NCBI GenBank assembly: GCA_902761035.1
Contig: CACWIW010000003.1
Span: forward strand, 508-64,507
DNA from: an uncultured bacterium
GTDB lineage: Bacteria > Verrucomicrobiota > Kiritimatiellia > RFP12 > UBA1067
Length of the DNA: 64,000 nt
Direction: 5' to 3'
Shown here: positions 60,001 through 62,481 of the stretch, piece after piece
How the letters are laid out: the number at the start of each line of letters is the position of its first letter
Numbering within the stretch: position 1 is the stretch's first letter
Position numbers and translations under genes: made by a program
The notes under the pieces: model-generated
Told to the model about the DNA's origin: nothing
Database searches by the model: none
The model's input: only the letters and a program-made list of their open reading frames with translations

Positions 60001-62392
60001 CGGATTCGTCAAGCCCGGAAGCATCTCGATGTCGTTCCTTGATCCGGACTTTGAGGTCATCGACACCAACGGCGTCGTTACGGCGCTTGGCGACATCAAC
60101 ACCGCCGAATGGCAGGCACTTGCCGAGGATCGTCAAGTTACAGGTACGTCTAGTGGCAAGATTCTGGTCAGCACGCCGACGAATTCACTGGAGATCGGCA
60201 CAGTTGACTACCACACGGGTCTGGTGACGGTTGACTACACGAAGTTGCCGACATCGTTGCCTGTTGTCGCCGAAGGCAATGATGCGACGAATTCCGTCCT
60301 GCTGCATCTCGCCAACAGCCATGTGAGGGTTTCCTGGGAAGCGGAGGTTGCAGGCGGTAATCCGTGGATGACGCTGCACCTTACGGATAGTGATGACACA
60401 ACCTCCGAGCAGGCTACCTACGGCCACGTGCGCGAAGGCAAGAACACGTTCGTTGTGTTCGTTGCAGGCGAAGGCGGCAAGTGGGCACCTGGTAATGCAT
60501 ACGGAGTTGTGAAAGACGTTGACGTTGGCTGGTCGGAAGCGGAATTCACGGTTGAGCTGACCAAGACGACTCCGATCATGGCCCGCTTCAACCTCAGCGC
60601 GGCAATAAGCGCCACTTCTGGCAGCAGCGGCGGAGAGGGCTCAACTTCCGCTCTCACGGACCGTGACACCGTCAATAACGGCAGGGGGTATGCTCCGAAC
60701 GAAGAGTCCAAGTATCCCGGAACGAACATGCCCTCCAATGTGTCGCTTACGCGTGTGAGGGTAATTCGAAACTGGATTAACCGTAGCGGTTCTAGAGGAT
60801 CGACGAGCTATAGCGCAGTTCTGTTTGATCAGAAGATTGACCTCTCTGTGCATCCGACTTTGACGGAGGCTGACCTCTTGACCGATGGCGTATATGATCT
60901 TGACTGGGGTACGCTTCTCCCCGCTTTCGGTGGTGGTGCCTCTGGTTTGACAAATGCAACGTATCGCATTGTGATAGGCGACGACGAACTTGGCGATTAT
61001 GAGGATCGCGCTAACAATCTGCCGGTGCTCTTCTCCAACCTGTTTGAGGCGAAGCCGCGGCAGACGCTGACGGTACCGGATCCAAAGCTTGCTGAGATTG
61101 AGTATGCAGGCCGTCCGACGTTCCGCTGGTCGCACACGAACACGATTGACAAGGCCTATCCGGCATTCCAGCTCCGAATCTATAAGTCCGACAAGACGAC
61201 AATCGTCTATGACTCCGGCGTGCAGCGTGCACCTGCCCGCGACTCGGATGGCATGTACGAGTGGACGGCACCTGTTTACGCAGGAATGGTCACGTCGAGC
61301 AACCATGTCTTCGAAGTCACGAACAACTACTACTGGGCGGTGTCAATGCTCGACGCGAAATTCACGACTTTCAACTACAACGAAACAAAGACGCCGTTCC
61401 GCCTTGGCACGAGTGGCAACCTGCTTGACGGCAAGGACTATGGTGCCATTGCCGTGCGCGTGAAGTACTTCGGCCCGCTCATTAGGCTTTCTGCGGTTCC
61501 AACGACCAAGAAGAACCTCGTGCGCGTCCAGGCGTTCACGTCGCCGGACTTCTCCGGCCTGCCCGTGGCTGAGACGTACGTCACCGATGTTTCGAAGGTT
61601 GCATATACATCCGTTATCGTCACTAACGCTGTCATTCGCGGCGTGGCGTGCGGCGGCACCTACTACGTGCGCGCCTACATCGACACCGACGCCGATGGCG
61701 TGAAGTCCGATTGGGAGTCGTGGGGCTACAACTGCTTCGTGCTTGATCCAGCGGTCACGTCCGTCTGGAGGCCGAAGCCGGTTACAGTGTCCTATCAGGA
61801 CATGATGCCCGATGCCACAGTGTTCATTGAAGATGCGGATACTGATAACGACGGATTCCCGGATGCTTGGGAGTGGAACGAGAATGGAAACCTTTCCGAC
61901 CAGGGTCCGATTAGCGGCAATACGTTCTTCGCGACGGTCAACCCGACGTTGACCTCCACGTTAAACGCCTACTCGCTGATCGCGGGCGGTATTGAAGGGG
62001 CGACGGCCGCGACGGGCAACATGCGGAACAACAGGCTGCAGGCGTCAATCAGCGCAAGTGCGCAGATTCTTGCCGACGCATCCGAGAACACTGCGGTGCA
62101 GATCAAGGCGTTCTCGCTTGAAGACGGCCTTGAGCTGGAGGTCGTGAACACCACGTCCGGCGGCGATTCCTCAAGCATGATCGTGTTCTCCAAGCAGGCG
62201 ACGGTCCAGTTGTCGCTCGCGTGCTCCGCGACGCCCGACTTCGCCGACGCGGTGGAGGTGCCGATCAAGTCGATCACGATCTACGCGAACCAGAAGACGA
62301 CTGATGGCATCGCCGTCACGGCCGAGGAGCTCGCCGAGGCTCGTGCCAAGGCACCAGAGGCCCGCTTCTTCAAGGCAATCATCACGAAGTGA
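36059..62392 (+). CDS. giant secreted multidomain protein, 8777 aa (PKD-like, TSP type-3-like Ca-binding repeats, LamG, four large super-modules)
   Basis: A single frame stays open for 26.3 kb. The signal peptide MNMKRKIGICATLLAALLFAVPQSAQA starts at the ATG at 36059; the upstream ATG at 36029 overlaps the previous stop and adds no signal. About three dozen D-x-D-x-D-G-x-x-D-x-x-E motifs were counted by eye. The sequence is amino-acid-like in this frame only. Confidence 0.9.
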   Translation: MNMKRKIGICATLLAALLFAVPQSAQASGKIRRVDVYDPSGLHTFPNHDGHDRPLTVGDTIYIRFRLANLEWRRTENDPSYTNPWAFTYTGPLTGNVSIDELNRIAANKPCLGLWVSGSLREAECVNWPMGVASDWLTADAQDPNDRGSLNGRHYTDLIFKYTVQAGDIALPLQLANESGNGPSTGAEGYYLKRGKQDTLWKIQATTNSADTAYTVTADFKFGEANLALDPDFSGDGTSSWLDAQDSENRDLDLYIAGAYIQAIDFDKTYFNEGDGIWRSIAQGSTTADPGTPMVEIAGGAAEPMKLYLWTTNDVAEIVVGGQVYEVVERDFRDGTHKVGTLSITAGNENVPFSIKATGAVGGTADIFLSATPTNIYNDSNLLITNFIKRTIKVGEPLPPSMTVSVNGKNRDTVEANPDFSKALVAVSVTLSEPWTNNYELSIPIKVTVKEDPSLNATNYVRMSSESEFFNEAWEDVLTVPAGTPASGSTTPTYSLWMYANRGSVETENTGLLVEVDTNRLDAAARSIFIGKFTPATVLVKRSTPEITKDVIVTADANADAQVTVNVADAWGELRPPCTYTVYWSNSGNDSPAYYTPISDLAATASGDITFNVKYSQKGDYESLFYVVNADGKQSNKRTAYVHVNAAKVVEATLLNRGKFAETNPFDEPQPVVTLSFGDEGFRMPDDSDYGYIFFVPKSDNASNLVTCAEMDRDDEHDWKWGVQVYRGDMEVGPIEMTLLDGTAKGLKMEYDIIVRSDPDFDLGYQVTSWSSKGFYFTVTNVAPNVSAVKMGAETLYESGGQMGNVSLGVTKSFYAETDDPSDIDFYADEPNYANQATVFQTHWDIKLGTSTLFTTNVFGPPTVPFNYTFRQAGTYTVEVSMRDKDSIDRTRYPDRFGPKFTFTVIVDSKPAVSLAPHFGTTAFNENSGGAGENALSRIDVNLSTLPTEQIAVQLTIERAGADNGNYPLPELSTTTLSFGGESPNTTNAWFTLRNLDGTDRTLDPGFVIRAAVTNTTVNGDSVPWKEVYRSTELPITIANLAPEVTRPASNTVTRAINEPFTINYTFKDFGSYDMYNNGVKGETLYWTITGEPSVEQTITPNANTYRGTFTTQFSSAGTKTIQLQVVDKDGGESEVATWYYRVDAAKQLIVNPCGPGTSGGGNFATTWTGQRNVGVGRVWATGGTIKPFSNFSHIYTYAPSIASGTAFAHGYSAGAEDSGSLTPGTDYAVTDRAHGGRHPATGNYYKADATKDSFFYAWLLTTGGGAAGTTTSLLKLSPEYGADSVAMQRVDLPEEEKDATYYPDTVLDAIFSKEYLVSDNLGDINGDQIPDVYAVSPIWDGGKRLYEVAGFSAESGGDVSFRAFSYNDDGDYLPSKSFQGGMPSTSDGWSTLGEPFTAYREIRGQHEGLNHRTEHDGLNHYVRGEWVSVPHFSEAETNAVAYWNAKRNGSPTPDLVTWTEFKAAATNEATYATEFAEWSSKFETAVRDPNSWIPEKRTDPTLWDTDGDSLPDGYEYYFWYRAAVGTINDGKWVQLTGEKFTLNNITKGDPLSPEDIMKAFDPTVMASGDIATRDTDNDGLTDLEEFAMGTNPIHWDSDGDGMNDLWEVMRGLNPLKVPSNPEMNPDGDFMASYHTPKSYAIVTLNNGKVYALEQNGTNLKTFEAESFDGDGGKTKGGTNVLASVVFGVEDVSNVTAIAVFHYGNNSAVCVPKKRGNPNAQEKPLDPDEVSLADTEVVSVQLNQDLMLIHDQVYNQLEFHPYTAWHINSNGDVSARWGAAVNTVAYNCVDEYRLMKYRYETGIATRDNNRPLADIFLDLTTNPNKPFSEAAYTVSWAGTDGGGSEQVAAVAEIPTYSSTNHGADTDEDGIPDGWELYVGANPNDALDASGDGDHDGLSLRNEYAGSDSCNAYGFATNGNNVGTIYQYHPGHAKGWYNKFTPTDPKDGDTDRDGLSDGSEGSAFIYGDPTDDGSTCIRGGGLNPCGVDTDFDLLPDGWERQYQGTVVPAGRGFEGINPDIVQIIKRNDNLGSNAVIRAYISFGMDGTYNDAFKVPTANQVDPRTGTRRNLDFDNDGLLNFQEYLVQVLRHLRYDDTETPLMGSYLPDGIAGTRKYIGFLPMHVWDGATFFKTARAAGFTGLSARQGDGFKFRELGYFAPPEKTWDLTMSGSRLLKPPRGLSDIATADDENRMGASRYVGTDPRDWDTDRDGMDDYYELFHGLNPLLGSKDIISEAYNTTLSNDKLFSARCTAWSNWEEKELVYDAMRFPWAMGVAEADADGDGLRNTDEALLVNMPNPPNYHTDPTPLWMTDSSSKISVTAQYYCRDPYASGEGDDIPALSTFPWFTYVDGRDPGSVNKYMFTFEENEGYDTDHDWIPDEQELTHAVTSATSPLHGSDPDRRQAMYFPGEESVVQSYSGNLHRRIGENYAMLRAFSVEAWVRPEDLSREQTIVTRVCNYPSSTLSNATHQVRANFRIKMEAGGRVWGQYDSDDAVPNGSPKGFGTTSVEGITLESNKWSHVALTFDGSALIIYVNGIPVGNSPASLIPANGLIVTLQEVNPNGSNYGVDGYDTYPSALLIGADAKELGALDIGPDSAWTNYCAHYKGWVDEVRVWDGARTEAQIKADYTKRYTLKDVSELRDMVYREWLEGGTHNPNDGRPNLSPELVFHYGFQQLPSEVEADYVTSEPSGFTERVLDNVKWNGRSVDIRCGWWNAVPIASTVYGNRAIVPWVRDTCAMLPMMDGSTYDSRYWSELIGGVTFPVEVGVAQFLFPNVANPYPYWNYMAETFFREQRLNWMRGSIGGDTTNVVFDVYNRIRFGTRTLFVGGSDLLPLGGAFAKRCPDFWDGNGSTDAWTATVDDTDNDGLPDWWEAHAVAEYGADAATLIAATMVNYKLPSGAVVEMSAWEAYQIDLALGIMPGEPPTYDPAYESLADNNNDGLPDWWQKLYDVYDLDPDDDPDNDGLSNYYEWLISWGDEYGFGIANGFPLLNPRRIRTGRSQEVTDYFLRNDTSAEYAGYYFGEITSDHDFMEDWWEKTYKQDYASIGVYDPWDDKDEDGWSNFAECRNALWGGTYTADAISRYFDGEQMSLCYPSPALGVRVTYNGAQNVVGKPLVVRTHTGFQKREDATFVVVGASADVQENTKFIGGYYTGATTLRGFIDPGAVIPAEGHFKQAWLVTGKTYRWDVPNYYTYPRVGSYEEFMADVLRFGRANVILLTSELDWKNLGTTRAIDSLGKHGVIDAVDGSKQIGTIDFSTGEYSLDMAAIATLNENDLEGCVFKVDYQTRVSRDWPQSFWLSAPKEGRVREGKNTIEAFIDLNEDGNYTPGEPFGVAQNVDVGWYRTSETLIELTDTISVVPRMNIASLANDRTVVGGVSGGVALGSGEEGNSEGSSGQSSGNNANGLTKQVRIVRRAINGVDAPNRILMNKSFVLNDRAYIHEGDVLSPSRLDLDWQWLATDAAEMEIDTIRTVEYAIEEVRKLSDGATTNIQLATFLNHYNPSRSVPTAVRPVDGEPVHSATPTFRWAVGDETMTAFELQVRDADGVVVYDSGIQRLPGRTATFVDTAHYAFNPLLSVDTCTSTNGSPVFADGTNWQWRVALFNAKYNTVDEAAWSQWADFRTDTVNDGIATGYGSCTAAVRYYGPGTIDDPGLVVVDAFTTPDFSGQPLARARLSSIDKLSSIDDVTTTNTCFRGIEPGTVYLRAFFDRNNNGKWDRWEPWGYANRRDELASVSDIFSPRGMTVTGDRAENVPSITIYIEDTDVNRNKIVDVLEDEALFGNTVSEVDADGDGMGEVEENDIGTDPSVWDSDGDGMPDGWEFRFAATDPLMADASKTAEGDVMAYAEENWMLVTDASDAMYLVNPTNTDVRVGDVLPLARLVSTYDYAGKYGVGTNLTDTVTTFRVSKVEDVTAVFVHAQVYDRYGYSPLTAVPAENAVHTKPFTSLDKYLLIRYFESLGFCNEAEVNANRIWADFSLKPNDPDNDRDGVYDGWELYVMFGTNEMGVVNLTGGTIVSPWNSEDRYTRFDGSTGGLALIEDYDDGYMPTDPWHSTTEALGLVGIDDVDAFRFRLKSIESQLADDDNDGLSNWAEYLAYKLTGKYFDVKNPCSVTPNRLDYFYQFEQGGVMKYIGECIDIDGFGLIADHDFMEDYNEDLYDVDLLNRYSYDPFLDADGDGWSNYAEARAGTASDRTVTLSIEDSKYPEYPIPVIKADFLYRGSESLGGGVILQAYRAGSAKSDAEWKSATPGLDGVKTKILGTWRNGALRFMLSPSNVRPGSVNIQAKDLAFVYTDSIYNWPSWYNDIWYAGTAAEAEWFDIVSDRQRDDDRLRGDLIYNKTILTSSSSDSNAAVTNNEIRIVGWVDYLTGQCEIDFTALDGYFYRNIMAGANFRAMRYNLENSYFRVRHNSEFVTDSVKQTFYFSECANGMLLEGKYNFMAFIDANSDGTYTIGEPMGVVRDVNVGWDRVPDLLIELTDDTVAGARFTVPAQTNGATRVRVLRTAINGVPMERKRTVYVKTLDLTKGRTFSEVDFIKDGEYDFDWANLAADAQALLGIEASNILNADYAVYLDSGDPTPIYTFSRSFDAMNLAPAVSWASISNHNVVATAQPTLKWKASAGYPAFALQIAKDEDFTDVIYSVTNLMPAATADGCQFKPDVYAGYGLEDGSNYFWRVQQVNAKFTTNIWSSAASFTMKVDSSNADTGYGKLRAEVRYFGPATDDLTNVVVGVYESADFVSMPVARMRLSGDGKVTDLTNDLTQAFSVVATSGVSVVTLDGIKPGTYYLMAFIDSNGNSVRDPWETWGYANKVGTDGRDIYTPVSVTVKSAKSATPSAYIVMEDTDVNQNWIPDCIDTVDLEGWKPSSEVKPDEPTADVDTDGDGLTDAEEDDYGTDPRNPDTDGDGLPDGFEVQAGTDPLFADSDLAGANDVMAYKLDTLTIMVATNAEGSVTNRFVVNSRFEDGYPQMSNTVYTVFEVNGQLFVGAPTNRAAATDGYMYGYMTTNVVVMHSAVYDFYGYDPTTAKPGTATVDDEGNATTALGANTVPFSAYLKYVTQQYYLKEFGDATNDFALAINKLDSNANYLPDGYELYVRYATWHDPSVSYSDADARSSYGDNAAGMAYDPYEEYLFFNRLENKVGVVKFTNFEACRYNIIDGDLLKDEDNDGLSNYHEFLASKAPYNVMLDVMNAMSDGATLDYFRTAGGTYLGLALNGGEFIENEARTKMGIDILDMAGTRYRPSDGWDYWSIARYNYANADTNGLATPLPTPEPPVTMTLRWRNPHWTQYQAQGVTIKAYQVNPAYPEQGEDEMIAWAPSANNFEPDTTFGGGVAVLRADKLAWRLSSDPDPDTGVFNLKPGKVRFEVTLDDTDFAGSAETVIGWAGVDVTVTLTDRANGLSYLPEIQRNDSASHVAIIRTKVNGQAVTPRGVWYKVYSNNIDRRTVMPTEFMDDEFIGIDKFLAEADETMLGTTLDKVESVTYEVLTGTPPFTTANLNGDVAEEAGDEAEAASRNQTFTMHYSLERDKAEIFSFEDGVEGTATLTFGPSTNSASWKFWVKVENTFNGNCVTNIYGGDRGFLIPTFTAEGRVTIDPAEYGIALTEGTNVVCVALGNDKFGAPAEDDEAAWSAPATFYTNKAADFPGSITLDVRHPLIAPADLKPANLVVAAYELPDLAKPVVIGAKTMVVTNSTVITGLRPRAKYYVAAWYVSDKDARLGTAAALERKPWDTWGYAADIGSDKVAAFTPVAVAADSTEPVVVYLQDTDWNDNIVIDREEIFSAADNDYTGSYFGAAILDFDRDGLPDAWEELFGNDPTLADDAGVAADGDVMAYFEEQRTAVIVTNSTGEATTYLLPHDALVAPKVGDEFSATDTLSLFTSYEYGNLLGEGTNVTLDAGRVVSISNATVAIVHWQVYDRFGFDPKTCVKDDDAVNTKEFTALDKYLLLKHFAALGFNDGADTLANWEAWTLKPGVVDADGDGIADGWELYTMFGPNDKTTANMKLSPWNYADRNNKLSPDGLLSSVEEYDGGNSPTDPYSDDTDLDGITDAVAYDYQIKSAESQLADYDNDGLSNWAEYLASLLTGVDFDVRNPYTFGNRLDYFYRYNGMYVGESVDADGLGLIADHDFMEDYVEDVIGYNRYVYDASIDKDGNGWDNWSEVRARYNEATWVVVGEETNTYTRTFNSFTPEAKAQWQMWYDNEFFPKVLGGTRTAWLVSARYYNANGEEKFTYTGDVAGYPINDSSCEVIWYELDDKKSYGGKPLPNVNVRIYGVEGGASNITVAAYSDKNLRSPDATFEVEGKAVDGVVAASFVGDGMKQGLNTFVVTAGAKTGFAKASVGFDRVDVEIVLRDGAIAFTVEPQTDATTRVRVLRTAINGTTVAPRAVYAKTLDLRSGKTFTEADLVKDGEFDFDQTYLEADAIAAGIVASATEIRSVGYAVYLDWGDAQPIYTFTRTFDAQNLAPAASGASAQHGYVVASAQPALTWKASAGYPAFALQIATENTFADDKIVYATTNVMPGVAADGCTFKPEIYVGDGLDDATTYFWRVAQLNSKFTTNKWSEVAEFTTAVNVSNADTGYGRVAVDLRYFGPSAETLDKVVVGVYESADFTTEPVARMHLVGAGGVSALARDPAAGKEFTEVTTNVVIDGIAPGDYYVMAFIDANGNHKRDAWETWGYVNKIGTDAADLYTPVSLKVVSTKAGAPSAFLVMEDTDVNQNWTPDCIEPAANFDGWTPAQQIEPDQPTAEDIDSDGDGLTDAEEDDYGTDPRNPDTDGDGLPDGWEVKNGTDPLFADADLAGLNDVMAYKVDALKVMFTTNDVGEVTGRYVVNSRFEDGYEQQSNTVYTVFEVGGQLYVGAPTNRVDVTNAYAYAFMTNVVVMHSAVYDFYGYDPTTAKPGTVQAVAGEDGAATEQTVQGVNTVPFTAYLKYVTQMFYLKEFGDATNDFALAINKLDSNANYLPDGYELYVRYAVWHDPALTYDDADARASYGDNFAQVPYDPYDEYGFWNSLVAASAINSTATNFVAGVANAELVAALDVYTNDWNYANGVMAYAQTTAHVATNGTDKFVVVIAGADDPDGVAEGAVKTVLRTVTLPNGELVAWGETADVDVVGLPIGEEPVTLIHRAVYHFYGFEADTARGCINDGAASAAPAAADGEDGEETAAAAATTAAGTGHTAPFTHAWRYFTKEIVGYADPVEVVYDFEDGTGDGLADGWQLYVGGSDRHAYQYRYDPADDYYFYNNLAVQDPEFAASLPPYDNTFAITNGIANATVEAQKAFWDWAPEDDYMAYVQTNVLISVVTNAGGVASIYAIDPGTNTLYETFYVGNELFVGAVCTNEYAYNAMENGDFMTMVTNATVIHSAVYDWYGFDPTTAKPSYWWPESIAYLAESNSNYTVGANSVPFTRRLKYITQTMYLPMVGAEDDYFLTTSWTADPSTWWTDTNGNDMPDGWELYVKYSASSDPSKPDDDYREDFTDGSDPNTDDTDGDGIPDDVEQFFGVTDPTVPDGNLALENDVMAFATVNATVVTVQNTAEGSLPVKYLLAEEMAGNTVVAPKVGDYADSLALRATYEYLVSTDANDGSVTNRCGVGTNVTLTAAAGTANRIVAVATEPVVLVHAQVYDYFGFNKDTANPTAVTKEGANYVYGANTKPFTVLDKYLVVRYLEAYGLANAAADWKALALAPASSDNDADGVPDGWELYTMFGTEGVTATLAAAKISPYNYADARAVAPAGDITLLEKWNGGAPAYDPWSKDSNDNGVDDVDEIRYVLDEPYGDADNDQLPNFTEFLIASGFSQYSEFAGVSDISATNTYSLTNLIPDYFRRINNKLYLGEMFTDHDFMEDLWEDLFDVKKVTRGLYDPWRDSDSDGWSNYAECRAGTNPEFEANTYGVKGIVVKNYPIPTIHAKVVMGPGEGMLNGTIVVQAFSDTSKLTGLPDATWTVPVGTSSGDSTTGSSSSDSSENSAKTKYLGANPNGEVSFTLSPGFVKPGSISMSFLDPDFEVIDTNGVVTALGDINTAEWQALAEDRQVTGTSSGKILVSTPTNSLEIGTVDYHTGLVTVDYTKLPTSLPVVAEGNDATNSVLLHLANSHVRVSWEAEVAGGNPWMTLHLTDSDDTTSEQATYGHVREGKNTFVVFVAGEGGKWAPGNAYGVVKDVDVGWSEAEFTVELTKTTPIMARFNLSAAISATSGSSGGEGSTSALTDRDTVNNGRGYAPNEESKYPGTNMPSNVSLTRVRVIRNWINRSGSRGSTSYSAVLFDQKIDLSVHPTLTEADLLTDGVYDLDWGTLLPAFGGGASGLTNATYRIVIGDDELGDYEDRANNLPVLFSNLFEAKPRQTLTVPDPKLAEIEYAGRPTFRWSHTNTIDKAYPAFQLRIYKSDKTTIVYDSGVQRAPARDSDGMYEWTAPVYAGMVTSSNHVFEVTNNYYWAVSMLDAKFTTFNYNETKTPFRLGTSGNLLDGKDYGAIAVRVKYFGPLIRLSAVPTTKKNLVRVQAFTSPDFSGLPVAETYVTDVSKVAYTSVIVTNAVIRGVACGGTYYVRAYIDTDADGVKSDWESWGYNCFVLDPAVTSVWRPKPVTVSYQDMMPDATVFIEDADTDNDGFPDAWEWNENGNLSDQGPISGNTFFATVNPTLTSTLNAYSLIAGGIEGATAATGNMRNNRLQASISASAQILADASENTAVQIKAFSLEDGLELEVVNTTSGGDSSSMIVFSKQATVQLSLACSATPDFADAVEVPIKSITIYANQKTTDGIAVTAEELAEARAKAPEARFFKAIITK
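38390..39500 (+). other. two PKD/Ig-like domains inside the giant ORF (about 38390-38790 and 39165-39500)
   Basis: The first reads VTNVAPNV...AGTYTVEVSMRDKDS...FTFTVIVDSKP. The second reads IANLAPEV...AGTKTIQLQVVDKDGGES...YYRVDA. Both resemble the GxYTVTLxVxDxxG pattern. Confidence 0.45.
40572..40905 (+). other. first cluster of thrombospondin type-3-like Ca-binding repeats
   Basis: It contains DTDGDSLPDGYE, DTDNDGLTDLEEFAMGTNP and DSDGDGMNDLWEVMRGLNP. Confidence 0.6.
43268..43939 (+). other. LamG / concanavalin-A-like lectin domain (Laminin_G_3-type)
   Basis: It reads MYFPGEESVVQS...FSVEAWVRPEDLSREQTIVTRV...WSHVALTFDGSALIIYVNGIPVG...YKGWVDEVRVWDGARTEAQIKADY. Confidence 0.65.
45137..61855 (+). 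repeat. four paralogous super-modules of the giant ORF: 45137-47356, 48494-50593, 54422-56200, 59558-61855
   Basis: Each module runs through the same order of landmarks: DHDFMED(W/Y/L).E; D.DGDGWSN(F/Y)AE; G(K/L)NTF..F.D.N.DG; DV.VGW...L.ELTD; RVRVLRTAING; PT(F/L)(R/K)W...YPAF.LQI; YG...V.RYFGP; F(T/S).P(D)F; W(E).WGYAN; EDTDVN. Confidence 0.85.
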
Positions 62393-62444
62393 TTGTTCAC
62401 AAATGGCAAATGTCACAATTGTTCACAAATGACAAATCTCAATT
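62391..62444. repeat. TTGTTCACAAAT-family repeat (two direct copies plus ACAAATCTCAATT)
   Basis: GATTGTTCACAAATG lies at 62391-62405 and CAATTGTTCACAAATG at 62416-62431. The same words occur at 17076-17107, and inverted at 17300-17314. Confidence 0.85.
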
Positions 62445-62448
62445 AAAC

Positions 62449-62473
62449 GGGAGGGCCGCGCTCCGTCGCGGCC
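62449..62473. repeat. 25-nt GC hairpin repeat GGGAGGGCCGCGCTCCGTCGCGGCC (intergenic copy)
   Basis: It is identical to 21356-21380. It lies 9 nt upstream of the ackA start. Confidence 0.9.
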
Positions 62474-62481
62474 AACAGAAA

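Noticed and set aside
36059-62392. The giant ORF was considered as an artefact of collapsed or concatenated repeats.
   Set aside because: The internal paralogues are diverged rather than identical, and unique domains (PKD-like, LamG, N- and C-terminal regions) are interspersed. The frame also never breaks. It still needs long-read confirmation.
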